DNA of 64,000 nucleotides from Bacteroidales bacterium (GTDB lineage: Bacteria; Bacteroidota; Bacteroidia; Bacteroidales; UBA3663): positions 53,948-117,947 of the forward strand of contig JAZQOF010000004.1 in NCBI GenBank assembly GCA_045627785.1, written 5' to 3'. A model generated the notes under the pieces. That model had not been told where the DNA came from. It did not search any database and saw only the letters and a program-made list of their open reading frames with translations. The translations under genes were made by a program, and so were the position numbers. This document shows, piece after piece, positions 24,336-34,306 of this stretch (the first letter of the stretch is position 1; the number at the start of each line of letters is the position of its first letter).

Positions 24336-24967
24336 AAATCGATTTCAACAAGATGAACGGCCTTGTGCCAGCAATCATTCAAGACGCTCAAACCGACAAG
24401 GTACTTATGCTCGGTTTTATGAACGAAGAAGCTTATAACAAGACAGTTGAGACAGGAAAGGTAACTTTCTGGTCTCGCTCACGCAATACACTTTGGACAA
24501 AAGGAGAGACTTCGGGCAACTTCCTCAATGTAGTTGAGATTCTCAACGACTGTGACGAAGATACATTGCTCATCAAGGCAAATCCTGTAGGTCCTGTCTG
24601 TCACACAGGTGCTGATACTTGTTGGGGAGAAAAGAATCCTCATACTGAAGCAACAAACAAGGAGAATGCCCTTCTTTTCCTCTCGGAATTGCAGGACTTC
24701 ATTGAGAAGCGCCACGAAGAAATGCCGGAAGGAAGCTACACTACTTCACTCTTCAAGGACGGTTTGAACAGAATGGCTCAGAAAGTCGGCGAAGAGGCTC
24801 TCGAACTTGTTATTGAGGCTTGCAATGGCACAAACGAACGTATGATTTACGAAGGATCGGATATGCTTTATCACCTCATCGTTCTGATGACAAGCAAAGG
24901 ACTTCGTATTGAAGAACTTGCAGCAGAACTTCGTGAAAGACATAATCCGGCTTGGAAGAAGCACTAA
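24332..24967 (+). CDS. hisIE: Bifunctional phosphoribosyl-AMP cyclohydrolase / phosphoribosyl-ATP pyrophosphatase HisIE
   Basis: HisI block (VPAIIQD..., [21 protein letters not shown]) fused to a HisE MazG-like C-terminus ([10 protein letters not shown]). Confidence 0.93.
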   Translation: MKIDFNKMNGLVPAIIQDAQTDKVLMLGFMNEEAYNKTVETGKVTFWSRSRNTLWTKGETSGNFLNVVEILNDCDEDTLLIKANPVGPVCHTGADTCWGEKNPHTEATNKENALLFLSELQDFIEKRHEEMPEGSYTTSLFKDGLNRMAQKVGEEALELVIEACNGTNERMIYEGSDMLYHLIVLMTSKGLRIEELAAELRERHNPAWKKH

Positions 24968-25006
24968 GATTCTTCCATCTGCTTTCAACTGAAAAGAATC
25001 GACAAT

Positions 25007-25813
25007 ATGATCAGATACCAAGGAGTAACAATCGAACGTGGATCACAAACTCTTTTCTCAGAAATTGATTTCAAGGTAGAAGAGGGAGAGTTTGTATATT
25101 TGATAGGTAAAGTAGGTGCGGGAAAGAGTTCCTTGCTCAAGACAATCTATGCCGAACTACCTATTTCGAGCGGATCGGCTCGTGTTTTCGAATACGATCT
25201 TACTCATCTGAAAAAGAATGAGATTCCATATCTGCGTCGTCAACTTGGTATCATCTTCCAGGATTTCCAACTTTTGTACGATCGTACTGTGCAGGAGAAT
25301 CTTGACTTTGTGCTGAAAGCAACTGGTTGGAAAAATAAGGAGGATAGAGAAGAACGAATCAACGAAGTGCTCGATCTTGTCGATATGAAAGCAAAGGCGT
25401 GGCGTATGCCGAATACTCTTTCGGGTGGTGAACAACAGCGTGTTGCGATTGCAAGAGCATTCCTCAACAAACCGAAAGTGATTCTTGCCGACGAACCGAC
25501 CGGAAACCTTGATCCGGAAACAGGACATAATATTGTCTCTCTGCTTTATGAGGTTTCAAAGAGTCAGCATACGGCAGTCGTTATTTCAACACACAATATG
25601 AAGTTCCTGACGGAATTCCCAGGAAGGGTTCTTAAGGTCGAGGATGAGACACTTACAGAGCAGAATACTGAGGAAGCTCAGGAAGAAACTCAAAGCGAGA
25701 TGATTCAGGATCAAATCGACAGCAATATGTCTGAAGACCATTGCTCACCACAAGATACTGAACCTGAAGTGTCAGATTGTAACGAGCAATCTGATCAAAC
25801 ACTTTCCGAGTGA
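25007..25813 (+). CDS. ftsE: FtsE-like cell-division ABC ATPase with a ~50-aa acidic C-terminal tail
   Basis: Walker [10 protein letters not shown], signature LSGGEQQRV and Walker [12 protein letters not shown]. The tail after ...[10 protein letters not shown] is low-complexity and overlaps the convergent gene. Confidence 0.75.
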   Translation: MIRYQGVTIERGSQTLFSEIDFKVEEGEFVYLIGKVGAGKSSLLKTIYAELPISSGSARVFEYDLTHLKKNEIPYLRRQLGIIFQDFQLLYDRTVQENLDFVLKATGWKNKEDREERINEVLDLVDMKAKAWRMPNTLSGGEQQRVAIARAFLNKPKVILADEPTGNLDPETGHNIVSLLYEVSKSQHTAVVISTHNMKFLTEFPGRVLKVEDETLTEQNTEEAQEETQSEMIQDQIDSNMSEDHCSPQDTEPEVSDCNEQSDQTLSE

Positions 25814-26114
25814 TTGCGACAGACGAAGCTTTGTATTCAACGATTACTTTCGCTTTTCCGAATTCGTCGAAGACAACCGTGTCGCATCGTTTTTCTGTAA
25901 GACCCACTTTGATCGAAACCTCGTTTCCGATTCTTCCTTTAGGGAATTTACAGATGGTAATGAGATAATTGACAAAATGTTGTCTTACCCATTCTTCGGG
26001 AGTGAGTCGAACATATTTCTTTCTTTGAGAGTCAAAGATCTCTTCTTGTCCTGAAGCATTTTTCCGGACGTGACACTCAAAAGGAGGAAGATTTAAAGTA
26101 GTATTGAAATTCAT
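25653..26114 (-). CDS. Stand-alone HsdR N-terminal (restriction-endonuclease-like fold) domain protein
   Basis: 153 aa. The pattern ...LTPEEWVRQHFVNYLI...RCDTVVF...IVEYK... is typical of the small HsdR_N-domain proteins found divergent from holA in Bacteroidota. Confidence 0.6.
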   Translation of the reverse strand: MNFNTTLNLPPFECHVRKNASGQEEIFDSQRKKYVRLTPEEWVRQHFVNYLITICKFPKGRIGNEVSIKVGLTEKRCDTVVFDEFGKAKVIVEYKASSVAITRKVFDQIARYNLTLQVQYLVVSNGLQTYCCRFDPESSRFEFLPELPQYSAL

Positions 26115-26141
26115 AGTGCAAAGATAAGAAAATAATTGGTA

Positions 26142-27164
26142 ATGGCAGCAAAAAAACAGGATTTTTCTTCAATCTGTAATGATATAAGCAAGCAAGTTTT
26201 TGCTCCTGTTTATCTTCTTCACGGAGAAGAGTCTTTTTTTATTGACAAAATTGCCAAACTATTATACGAAAATACTCTGACTGAAGACGAAAGAGACTTT
26301 AATCTGACTCAGTTCTATGGTGCAGATTTGACCGATATGGTTGAAGTAATCTCTGCTTGTCGTCGTTATCCGATGATGGCTGAACGTCAGGTCGTCATCC
26401 TCAATGAACTTCAGGCATTCAATAATCGTTCGCGTGCCATTGAATCATTAACTCTTTATTTGGAACATCCACTGGAAAGTACAATCTTTGTCATAATTTA
26501 CAAGACAAAGAAAATGACTGGTGATATTCCTAAGCTTATTGCCGACAAAGGTGGAGTAGTTTTCTATAGCGAAAAGGTTCGAGATTATATGTTGCCGAAA
26601 GTAGTGAAACCTTATATCGAAGAGAAAGGCTTTGCTATTGACGAAAAAGCTTTGGAATTCTTGTGTAACTGTATCGGTTCTGATCTTAGCCGAATGTTTC
26701 ATGAGATCGACAAGTTGAAACTTAACATCCAGGGAAATAAGATTACACAGGCAGATATTGCAAAACATATTGGTGTATCGAAGGATTTCAATGTCTGGGA
26801 ATTGCAATCGGCAATAGGAGCGAAGGATTTCCATAAAGTAGAGATGATAAGGAAATACTTTGCCGCAAATCCTAAGGCAAGTCCTTTGGTTGTGACTTTG
26901 TCAGTTCTTTTCGGATTCTTCTCTAACTTGATGTTGGCTCATTACTGCCAGGATAAAAGCGTTAATGGTTTGATGGATAGACTTAAGTTGTCTTATCCTG
27001 CTGCGAAAGACATGGTTGTGGCAATGAAGAACTATAACGCCTGGAAAACTATGAGTAATATTTCAGTTATAAGAGATTACGATGCAAAATGCAAAGGCGC
27101 CAGAGAAGTGAGCCTTTCTGATGCAGATGCCCTTCAAGAACTGCTGTACAACATAATGAACTGA
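26142..27164 (+). CDS. holA: DNA polymerase III delta subunit HolA
   Basis: About 340 aa. N-terminal PVYLLHGEESFFIDK and overall delta-subunit layout. I chose the ATG at 26142 (the ORF-track TTG is at 26136). Confidence 0.75.
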   Translation: MAAKKQDFSSICNDISKQVFAPVYLLHGEESFFIDKIAKLLYENTLTEDERDFNLTQFYGADLTDMVEVISACRRYPMMAERQVVILNELQAFNNRSRAIESLTLYLEHPLESTIFVIIYKTKKMTGDIPKLIADKGGVVFYSEKVRDYMLPKVVKPYIEEKGFAIDEKALEFLCNCIGSDLSRMFHEIDKLKLNIQGNKITQADIAKHIGVSKDFNVWELQSAIGAKDFHKVEMIRKYFAANPKASPLVVTLSVLFGFFSNLMLAHYCQDKSVNGLMDRLKLSYPAAKDMVVAMKNYNAWKTMSNISVIRDYDAKCKGAREVSLSDADALQELLYNIMN

Positions 27165-27235
27165 TAAAAATTAATATTTTTATACTTTATTTGCCTTTTT
27201 TGGAACAATTTTTTTTCTTAATCGTTTATTATTCG

Positions 27236-27243
27236 TAACTTTG
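27236..27243 (+). promoter_or_regulatory. -7 promoter box TAACTTTG upstream of the 655-aa TPR protein gene
   Basis: TAnnTTTG match 52 nt before the ATG at 27296. Confidence 0.35.
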
Positions 27244-27295
27244 CCTAGAATTTGTATCCATTATTACTGGTCTAGGAACCTTTGAACACTTATTC

Positions 27296-29263
27296 ATGAA
27301 GCTGAAAACTTTATATTGTATTATCTTATTAACATTGCTTTCAACATTCTGCTATGCTCAGTCAACGCAGAAGGGAATAGTGCTTGAATACAATGGACCA
27401 GACAAGAAAACTCCTTTGGCAAATGTAGAAATTGTTGTTAACAATGCAGGTTCTACTGTGTCTGATAAGAATGGAGAGTTCATATTGCAATTCCGTACAC
27501 TTATTGCCGGCGATAAGATTACAATTCGTCGTGTGGAAAAAACCGGATATGAATTGTTCAATACCGATATCGTTTCTCAGTTTGTGATTACTAATGACGA
27601 ACCGATTACAATCGTCATGTGTAAGACTGATAAACTTCATAATCTTCGCAATACTTATACTTCAAATGCTCATAAGCGTTTGGAAGAGTCTTATTCTGCA
27701 GAAAGCTCGTCATTGAAAGAATCTTTTCAGAATGGTTTTATTACAGAGATTGAATTTGAAAAGAAAAAGAAAGATCTTCAAAACAGATATGATGAGATGT
27801 TGGAAAACATCGATAATTATATCGAGCGTTTCACACGTCTTGATTTGAGCGAGCTGAACGATTTGGATAAGTCGGTTATTGAACATGTTCGTCAAGGAAA
27901 TATTCTCGATGCAATAAAAGTGTATGACTCTGCCAATCTGATGAATTCTTATTTGTCTCAGTCGAAGGAACTTCAGCAATTGACAGCAGCTGAGCAAAAA
28001 GTATCTTCAGTCGTAGATAGCAGACAACAGAGAATTTCTTCACTTAAATCGTCTATCAGAAATCAGATCAATGTCCTTTGGCTTGCTGGAGGTTCAGAAA
28101 ACTTTAAGAAAATATTGAATCTTACTAAGGATATGGCGGATGCTAATCCTTATGATAGAGATGCACAGATAGAGTATGGAGATCTTTGCTATAATTCGCA
28201 CAGGTTTGATGAGGCATTAGAGTATTATAATAAAGCATTCGATGCTTCGAATAATGATGTCTTGAAAGAAGCACAGGTAAGAATTAAGCGTGGCGCTGTG
28301 TATTCGAAAATGAACGACATCGATAATGGAACTTGGGAGAGTATTACAGGACTTCATGATATTGACAGCCTTTTAGGAGTAAAGCAGGATTCTGATATTT
28401 ATCTTATTGAAAGAGTATTCTCACAAGTTAATATTGCTAATAACTTCCTGCGCAAGAAAGATCTTGTAAATGCCAAGGCATATTATTCTTGGGCATTATC
28501 GGAAATGCAACTTTTGATGGAGTTGGATTCTATAAGGTATATGAGACCTTATGGAGAAGTATTGTCTGATTATGGGCATGCTTTAGCTCTGTCTGGCGAT
28601 TCAATAGAAGCGGAACAAAAATTGTTGTCGGCGATTGATGTCTTTGGAAGATTGTTCCAGGAATCTCCAAAATCTTATTCCGGTTCTCTTGCAAAAGCTT
28701 ACGATTATTTAGCAGAGATGTACTTTGATGAAAGAAAGTCAGAAATAGCCGAGAAGAACTTCTGGACAGCACTTTCATATTATCAGCAGGCTTGTGAGTA
28801 CAATTCAGAGTTTTATCTTGGTCTTGCTGGTGTATGTCTTCAGAAGCTCGGAAGATTGCATATAAGTGAAAAGAGGTACGAAAGAGCAATGAATGTATTC
28901 AACAAATCAATTGATTTGATCAATATGGCTTCTGAGCACAATCCTTATGAATATAAAGACAGAATCGCTAATGCCAATCTTGCTAAGGGAACTGTTTATT
29001 GGCTCAATGGTGATTATGAAAATACACTCAAACAGGATCTTTTAGCGGAAGAACTATACGCAGAAATATTTGAGCACACTGACCAATTGTATAATAGTAA
29101 CATCGGACAGTGTGCAGTATATTCAGGAGATTGCTATTTCAAACTCGGTGATTATGGCAATGCTTTGAAATGCTATGAGCGTGCATATAACTATGATAAG
29201 AAAGATAGTTATCTGTACAAGATGAAAAGAATGCAGAATTTTATTGTATTGTTCGGCAATTAG
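27296..29263 (+). CDS. Secreted protein with a CarboxypepD_reg-like N-domain, a coiled-coil and TPR repeats (function unknown)
   Basis: Signal peptide, then KGIVLEY...VEIVVNNAGSTVSDKNGEFILQF, then repeated TPR-like A..Y..A segments. Its stop codon overlaps the stop codon of the convergent MBOAT gene (29260-29263). Confidence 0.6.
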   Translation: MKLKTLYCIILLTLLSTFCYAQSTQKGIVLEYNGPDKKTPLANVEIVVNNAGSTVSDKNGEFILQFRTLIAGDKITIRRVEKTGYELFNTDIVSQFVITNDEPITIVMCKTDKLHNLRNTYTSNAHKRLEESYSAESSSLKESFQNGFITEIEFEKKKKDLQNRYDEMLENIDNYIERFTRLDLSELNDLDKSVIEHVRQGNILDAIKVYDSANLMNSYLSQSKELQQLTAAEQKVSSVVDSRQQRISSLKSSIRNQINVLWLAGGSENFKKILNLTKDMADANPYDRDAQIEYGDLCYNSHRFDEALEYYNKAFDASNNDVLKEAQVRIKRGAVYSKMNDIDNGTWESITGLHDIDSLLGVKQDSDIYLIERVFSQVNIANNFLRKKDLVNAKAYYSWALSEMQLLMELDSIRYMRPYGEVLSDYGHALALSGDSIEAEQKLLSAIDVFGRLFQESPKSYSGSLAKAYDYLAEMYFDERKSEIAEKNFWTALSYYQQACEYNSEFYLGLAGVCLQKLGRLHISEKRYERAMNVFNKSIDLINMASEHNPYEYKDRIANANLAKGTVYWLNGDYENTLKQDLLAEELYAEIFEHTDQLYNSNIGQCAVYSGDCYFKLGDYGNALKCYERAYNYDKKDSYLYKMKRMQNFIVLFGN

Positions 29264-31158
29264 AACTGGAAATAGATAAATGGTTGCATTTCTGCAGTTA
29301 CAAACTGATAGCAGATAATGATTACCGAAACCACAATTAATGCCATCACAGGCAACGGAAGTTTTGCAAAGCAAATTCTGTATTTCCTTTTCATTCTACT
29401 TGGCAGCCAGTGAATAATCATTCCCATTACGAAAAGAAGGAATATGTTGTGATAAGCCATAATAACATCCCAGACGTTTACATTCCATTGTGTTCCGATA
29501 CTATTTATCATATCCTTCGCAATGTTCCATGCTGTTTCGTTTGCTACTGCTGGATCAAGGTTTGAGCCTGAACGGAAGAAGAGTCGCGTAAATGTAATGA
29601 ATGTAAATGTAACGAGTATTGACCAACCTCGATTAAGCCATTCAAAAGGATTGCTTCCGCCACACATATTATATATATAGCGAATCCATGCACTTATTGC
29701 TATAAATGCGGAGAAAAACAAAAGCAGATTCCAGAGTGGTAATGGGAAGAATATTCTCAATCCTATGAAGAGTGCTGCAAGTCCTGTTGGAATAATTGCT
29801 CGAGTAAGCAGAGACATGTCTCTCCAGAACTTGAATATTACCATTCCGACACCATTCAAACCACCCCAAATCATAAAATTCATGCTTGCTCCATGCCATA
29901 GACCGCCAAGCAACATTGTAATCATAGAATTCAGATTAGCATAAATATGACGACGTTTTTCTGGATGACGCATAGCAGTGAAAATAGTAAGAACTGCTAT
30001 TGCAAGTACTATTAATCCTACGATTAGACTACCAGAAAGAACTAGAGCGGCAAGTGTAATTGTTGTAATCCAAAAGTATGTGCCGAATGTAATGTTTCTA
30101 TTACCACCAAGTGGAATATAAAGATAAGTTTGTAACCAGCGAGACAAGGAAATATGCCAACGTTTCCAGAAGTTTCCGGCATTCTGTGCTTTGTAAGGCG
30201 AATTAAAGTTCAATGGGAGATAGAAGCCCATCAAAAGTGACAGACCTATAGCAATATCTGTGTAACCAGAGAAATCCGCATAGACTTGGAGAGAATAGAA
30301 GAAGAGTGCGCAAAGATTCTCAAATCCTCCGAAGAACTGAGGATTATTGAATACTCTGTCGATGAAGTTTACTGCAAGATAGTCGCTAAGTATGATCTTT
30401 TTGGTCAGACCATTCAGAATCCAGAATACAGCTATGCCGAATTGCAGACGACTTAATGCATATTTTCTATAGAGCTGTGGAATGAAATCGCTTGCTTTGA
30501 CGATTGGTCCTGCAACCAATTGTGGGAAGAAACTAACATAAAATCCGAAGTCCAGAATGTTACGGACAGGTTTTACAAATCCTTTGAATACATCGGCAGT
30601 GTAACTGATGATTTGGAAGGTATAGAAGGAAATACCAACAGGAAGTATAATTCGGTCAACGCTGAAGAAAGAACTGCCTGTAGCTTTGTTTGCAATTTCT
30701 GCGGCAATGTTTGTTACTTCTATTGTTGTGCCGAATAATTGGTTAAAAACGTCGGCAAAGAAATAGCTGTATTTGAAATAACAAAGAATGCTTAAATCGA
30801 TGCAAACAGACAAGCAGAGTAATAGTTTGGCCTTTAGTTCTTGAATTGGTCTTTCTGAATGTGGTTTGTCAAAACTTTCAGGACTCCATTTGAGTTTGTA
30901 GATTCCTTGGGCGATGAAGAAATCTGAGATGGTAACGAATATTAATAAACCGACGAACAATCCGCTTGTCTTGTAATAGAATAGCAGACTGACAAAAAAT
31001 AAATAGCTGTTGCGTAATAGTCTTTTGTCTTTGAACAATGCAAAGAATGCAAAAACTATTGCAAAGAACGCCCAAAACTGAAACTGTGTGAATAATAGAG
31101 GAGAGTTCGGGTCGAAGGAAAAGATATTTAATATGTATGTAAATAATTGCTGTAACAT
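29260..31158 (-). CDS. MBOAT-family membrane O-acyltransferase (AlgI/PatA/DltB-like) with an extended C-terminal membrane region
   Basis: Conserved MBOAT His block FWKRWHISLSRWLQTYLYIPLGGNR. Polytopic; 632 aa is longer than I recall for AlgI-type proteins. Confidence 0.85.
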   Translation of the reverse strand: MLQQLFTYILNIFSFDPNSPLLFTQFQFWAFFAIVFAFFALFKDKRLLRNSYLFFVSLLFYYKTSGLFVGLLIFVTISDFFIAQGIYKLKWSPESFDKPHSERPIQELKAKLLLCLSVCIDLSILCYFKYSYFFADVFNQLFGTTIEVTNIAAEIANKATGSSFFSVDRIILPVGISFYTFQIISYTADVFKGFVKPVRNILDFGFYVSFFPQLVAGPIVKASDFIPQLYRKYALSRLQFGIAVFWILNGLTKKIILSDYLAVNFIDRVFNNPQFFGGFENLCALFFYSLQVYADFSGYTDIAIGLSLLMGFYLPLNFNSPYKAQNAGNFWKRWHISLSRWLQTYLYIPLGGNRNITFGTYFWITTITLAALVLSGSLIVGLIVLAIAVLTIFTAMRHPEKRRHIYANLNSMITMLLGGLWHGASMNFMIWGGLNGVGMVIFKFWRDMSLLTRAIIPTGLAALFIGLRIFFPLPLWNLLLFFSAFIAISAWIRYIYNMCGGSNPFEWLNRGWSILVTFTFITFTRLFFRSGSNLDPAVANETAWNIAKDMINSIGTQWNVNVWDVIMAYHNIFLLFVMGMIIHWLPSRMKRKYRICFAKLPLPVMALIVVSVIIICYQFVTAEMQPFIYFQF

Positions 31159-31178
31159 TTCTTCTTGTTGTTCAGATC

Positions 31179-32555
31179 TTATTCAGCATTTCTTTTGATA
31201 AAGTAATCGTCGACGATGGCATTATACATTAAATCGCCAACGAGCTGATAGCCTTCTCGTGTAAAATGGATATGGTCTTTTTTCATCAGATTCTCTTTTA
31301 GCCATTTATCTGATGAACCTAATCCGCCCATTATTGCATAGACATCAAACACACATCCATTATATTCTTTTGCAAGGTCTGTGAATGCTTGTTGAACCTT
31401 CGCTGTATTTGGGTTGAAGGTCTTTTTCCTTCCTCTTCTTTTCTTTCTAGGAAGATTAAGATAACAGTCGTTGTTTGTTATGAAAAGGAATGAACAATCC
31501 TGGTTCACAGACTGTATTCGTCGTATTAATGTGCGGTAGTCAGATTTGAATACTTCAGGATCAAATTCATCGACTGGCACATTAGCGTCGTTGATTCCTA
31601 TTCCGAAGATTACAAGATCGGGTGGAAGTAAAGAAAGGTCTTGTGTGAATTTTGTGCAACGTAACCATGAAGGAACGGCTGCACCGTTTACACCAGACTC
31701 TGAATATGTGATACCATCTCGTTCGCTAAGAGGCATTATTCCTCTTAATGTAAATGTATTTGTTTCGGAAACTCCTTTGAATGCTATTTGGAACGTTGTT
31801 TTTTCTGATCCGAGATCGAAAATATAAGCTTCAGGATTTCCTCCTTTTTCTGTATAGTAAATAGTATCTGATTCAGAGATAATGAATGGAAAAACACTAG
31901 CCGAAGAACTTTCTCCAATTATTTTTATTTTTGAAAAAGCCCATCTTCTGTCTCCTCTGAAATCAAAAGAAATAGAATCTTTACTGTCTTTGGCAATTGC
32001 AGCAGCACCCGAAAGTCCAAGTTCTGCATCAGGCTGTTGTGACACACATCTTGATTTTCCCCAATCGCCGGAATATGTCACATAGTAGTTCCAAGGACCA
32101 TTGCTCTTAAGAACTTTGAAAGGAAAGATAAGTCCTCTATCGCCTATCGTTGCATCACCCCAACGTGAGAAATTACTTCTCATCTGACCAGAAAGATCTC
32201 CTGCTTGAACATGGCTTCCTCCAATATGCAAGATGTTTACGTTACCTCCATCTGCAAGCATTTTATCAAGTTGTGTATAGAAATGCTCCATACCAATTCT
32301 AGAACCAGGATATTTCAAATATCCTTCTGCAGAATCGTTGACACAAGTATAATTGTTAGAAACCGGAACTTTCAACCAGTCTATGATCTTCTGTTCAAAG
32401 TTGGTCAGAGTCAATAGAAATGCTATCAGACATGCTAAAACGGTCATAGTTTCTAAAGCGATAATATTTGTAATAAACATCGAATGTGCCATAAAGAATC
32501 TCAGATATCTGACGAGATCCCTTGGTTGTGAAATGGATATAATCTTCACCAGCAA
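31179..32555 (-). CDS. SGNH/GDSL-family hydrolase or acyltransferase, membrane-anchored
   Basis: Block III FGIGINDAN and block V KDHIHFTREG, with a TM anchor TVLACLIAFLLTL. The true start is probably internal (Met codons at 32492, 32480 or 32447), because the maximal ORF overlaps the upstream gene by 161 nt. Confidence 0.7.
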   Translation of the reverse strand: MLVKIISISQPRDLVRYLRFFMAHSMFITNIIALETMTVLACLIAFLLTLTNFEQKIIDWLKVPVSNNYTCVNDSAEGYLKYPGSRIGMEHFYTQLDKMLADGGNVNILHIGGSHVQAGDLSGQMRSNFSRWGDATIGDRGLIFPFKVLKSNGPWNYYVTYSGDWGKSRCVSQQPDAELGLSGAAAIAKDSKDSISFDFRGDRRWAFSKIKIIGESSSASVFPFIISESDTIYYTEKGGNPEAYIFDLGSEKTTFQIAFKGVSETNTFTLRGIMPLSERDGITYSESGVNGAAVPSWLRCTKFTQDLSLLPPDLVIFGIGINDANVPVDEFDPEVFKSDYRTLIRRIQSVNQDCSFLFITNNDCYLNLPRKKRRGRKKTFNPNTAKVQQAFTDLAKEYNGCVFDVYAIMGGLGSSDKWLKENLMKKDHIHFTREGYQLVGDLMYNAIVDDYFIKRNAE

Positions 32556-33837
32556 GTTGTGGTCGTGCCTTTACCCATTGTACCATTGAACCTTTTCCTC
32601 CCATAGCACTAAACATATCCCAATATGCTGCGCCGGCTTCATTTACAGCCTTTTGTAATGTTGAAACGAATTCGGGCAAGTGAGGATATGTTTGCATAGT
32701 TCCTCCGATTGAAGTGGCCATGTCAGAAGGCCCGATATAAAGAATTTTTGCGAGAGGTACAATCTTGTGGAAGAACTCAATCTGCTTTTTTGTCTGATTA
32801 CAGAAAGACTGGATGCTTTCAGATTTCTTAGTGTAGGGAACAGAGTTGCCTCCATATTGAAGGATGATTAATGCCACATTCTCATCTTTGTAAAAACTCT
32901 CAATCGAGTTACGGTCAATGTTTGTGAATATTGTTCCAGAACAACCACGCATTGCAACATTATCCATTACAATGCCATTCATGCCGTCAAGCTGTATTGT
33001 GTGGACATCCATTACTCCACTTGCAACAAGGTAGCCATTCTTTGCTGGTTTTGGAAGGATTGCTTCATATAGTCTTACTCCGCCTTGACTCTTTGTAGTG
33101 TCGCAAGTTAATGGAATATTCTTTCCTCCTGCATTGAATGAGAAAGAACCGCTTCCTTGCATTCTTACACGGATTCGCTGGAATGTCTGAGCGTGAGGAT
33201 AATCTTCTGCAGAGCGAGTGCGGAATGAAACTACAGTAGTAGTATCAACGTGTGCGACTTGTGCCATTGGTCCATAACGACGATGTCTGGCACGACGATC
33301 TTGTGGTCCGTAAACTATATAGCTTGGAATTCTATCTTGAGGATTAATGCTTTGTGCGCACGTATATGTCGCACCAGTCATTGGAACAAGTGTCTTCATT
33401 CCGACGCCACTTCCTCCAAACTGACTTTGGAATCTCTCTCGGAGATATGATGTCATTCTGTCCTCTTCGAGTTGGGAATCTCCGTAATGAACAATTCGGA
33501 CAACTTCATTTTTGCTATTCTCTAGTTTTAAGAATAGATCGTCGAAGAATGTAACGTCATTATTAGGAAAATAAAACCTCGATTCGCTGTTGTTTATGTA
33601 GCTTAGATATTCTCCGTCTTTTGAATTTACTAATGCTTGTAAACGTTGTTGATATAATTCCTCTGGACTTAGTTCCGGTTCCTGTGGAGTTCCTTTTGTT
33701 GCTAATACTTCACTTAAGGAAGGAAACTCAAGAACAACTGGTCCTGCTTTCAATCCTTCTGTTGGGAATATAAAAGAAACAAATGCTAATATTCCTAATA
33801 CAGAGAATATGAATAAAACAATTTTGTATGCTTTCAT
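32395..33837 (-). CDS. SGNH/GDSL-family hydrolase or acyltransferase, signal-anchored
   Basis: Block I VHYGDSQLEED, a mid-block LQYGGN and block V EDYIHFTTKG. N-terminal anchor IVLFIFSVLGILAFVSFIF. Confidence 0.7.
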   Translation of the reverse strand: MKAYKIVLFIFSVLGILAFVSFIFPTEGLKAGPVVLEFPSLSEVLATKGTPQEPELSPEELYQQRLQALVNSKDGEYLSYINNSESRFYFPNNDVTFFDDLFLKLENSKNEVVRIVHYGDSQLEEDRMTSYLRERFQSQFGGSGVGMKTLVPMTGATYTCAQSINPQDRIPSYIVYGPQDRRARHRRYGPMAQVAHVDTTTVVSFRTRSAEDYPHAQTFQRIRVRMQGSGSFSFNAGGKNIPLTCDTTKSQGGVRLYEAILPKPAKNGYLVASGVMDVHTIQLDGMNGIVMDNVAMRGCSGTIFTNIDRNSIESFYKDENVALIILQYGGNSVPYTKKSESIQSFCNQTKKQIEFFHKIVPLAKILYIGPSDMATSIGGTMQTYPHLPEFVSTLQKAVNEAGAAYWDMFSAMGGKGSMVQWVKARPQLAGEDYIHFTTKGSRQISEILYGTFDVYYKYYRFRNYDRFSMSDSISIDSDQL

Positions 33838-33844
33838 TCTTTAC

Positions 33845-34294
33845 TTAATATCTAATAAACTTCAATCGTAGAAGATTACTTTGAAGAATCATTTCTTCAC
33901 CATCCAATCGTTCAACAACAAATTGTTCAGTTAAAGCGTTTATTCCAAAAGGTCGTAGTAGATTTACGTCTTCAGTTTTTTCTTCTGCTTGCTCTCTATG
34001 ATGATTGATGTAAGGATCAAAGGTTTTTAAGATTGTTCCTTCGTGAGAGAATCTCATAAATATATTCTGATTCTTTTGAGTTTTGTCTTCCAGACTCAAA
34101 AGTTTGTCTTGAACACTCCAGAATATTCCTTCATGCTTATAATCTATTGTAGGACAATTGACTCCAATGGAATCTACCGAAACAAGATGCCACATGCCAT
34201 CAAGATCTCCATTGTCCGAGATCTCGAAACCGCTACAGGCAAATAGTGTTACAGTAATATATATATATAATGTATATAATATTTTATTCTTCAT
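33845..34294 (-). CDS. Small lipoprotein, lipocalin-like (tentative)
   Basis: Lipobox TLFACSG followed by a DLDGMWHL (GxW) motif, in a 149-aa beta-rich sequence. Confidence 0.45.
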   Translation of the reverse strand: MKNKILYTLYIYITVTLFACSGFEISDNGDLDGMWHLVSVDSIGVNCPTIDYKHEGIFWSVQDKLLSLEDKTQKNQNIFMRFSHEGTILKTFDPYINHHREQAEEKTEDVNLLRPFGINALTEQFVVERLDGEEMILQSNLLRLKFIRY

Positions 34295-34306
34295 TCGTCG
34301 TTTTTA

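Noticed and set aside
25653-26114. Type I restriction-modification system suggested by the HsdR_N domain
   Set aside because: It is only a 153-aa stand-alone domain protein with no helicase part and no hsdM or hsdS nearby. From what I recall, this small protein is a conserved neighbour of holA rather than part of an R-M system.
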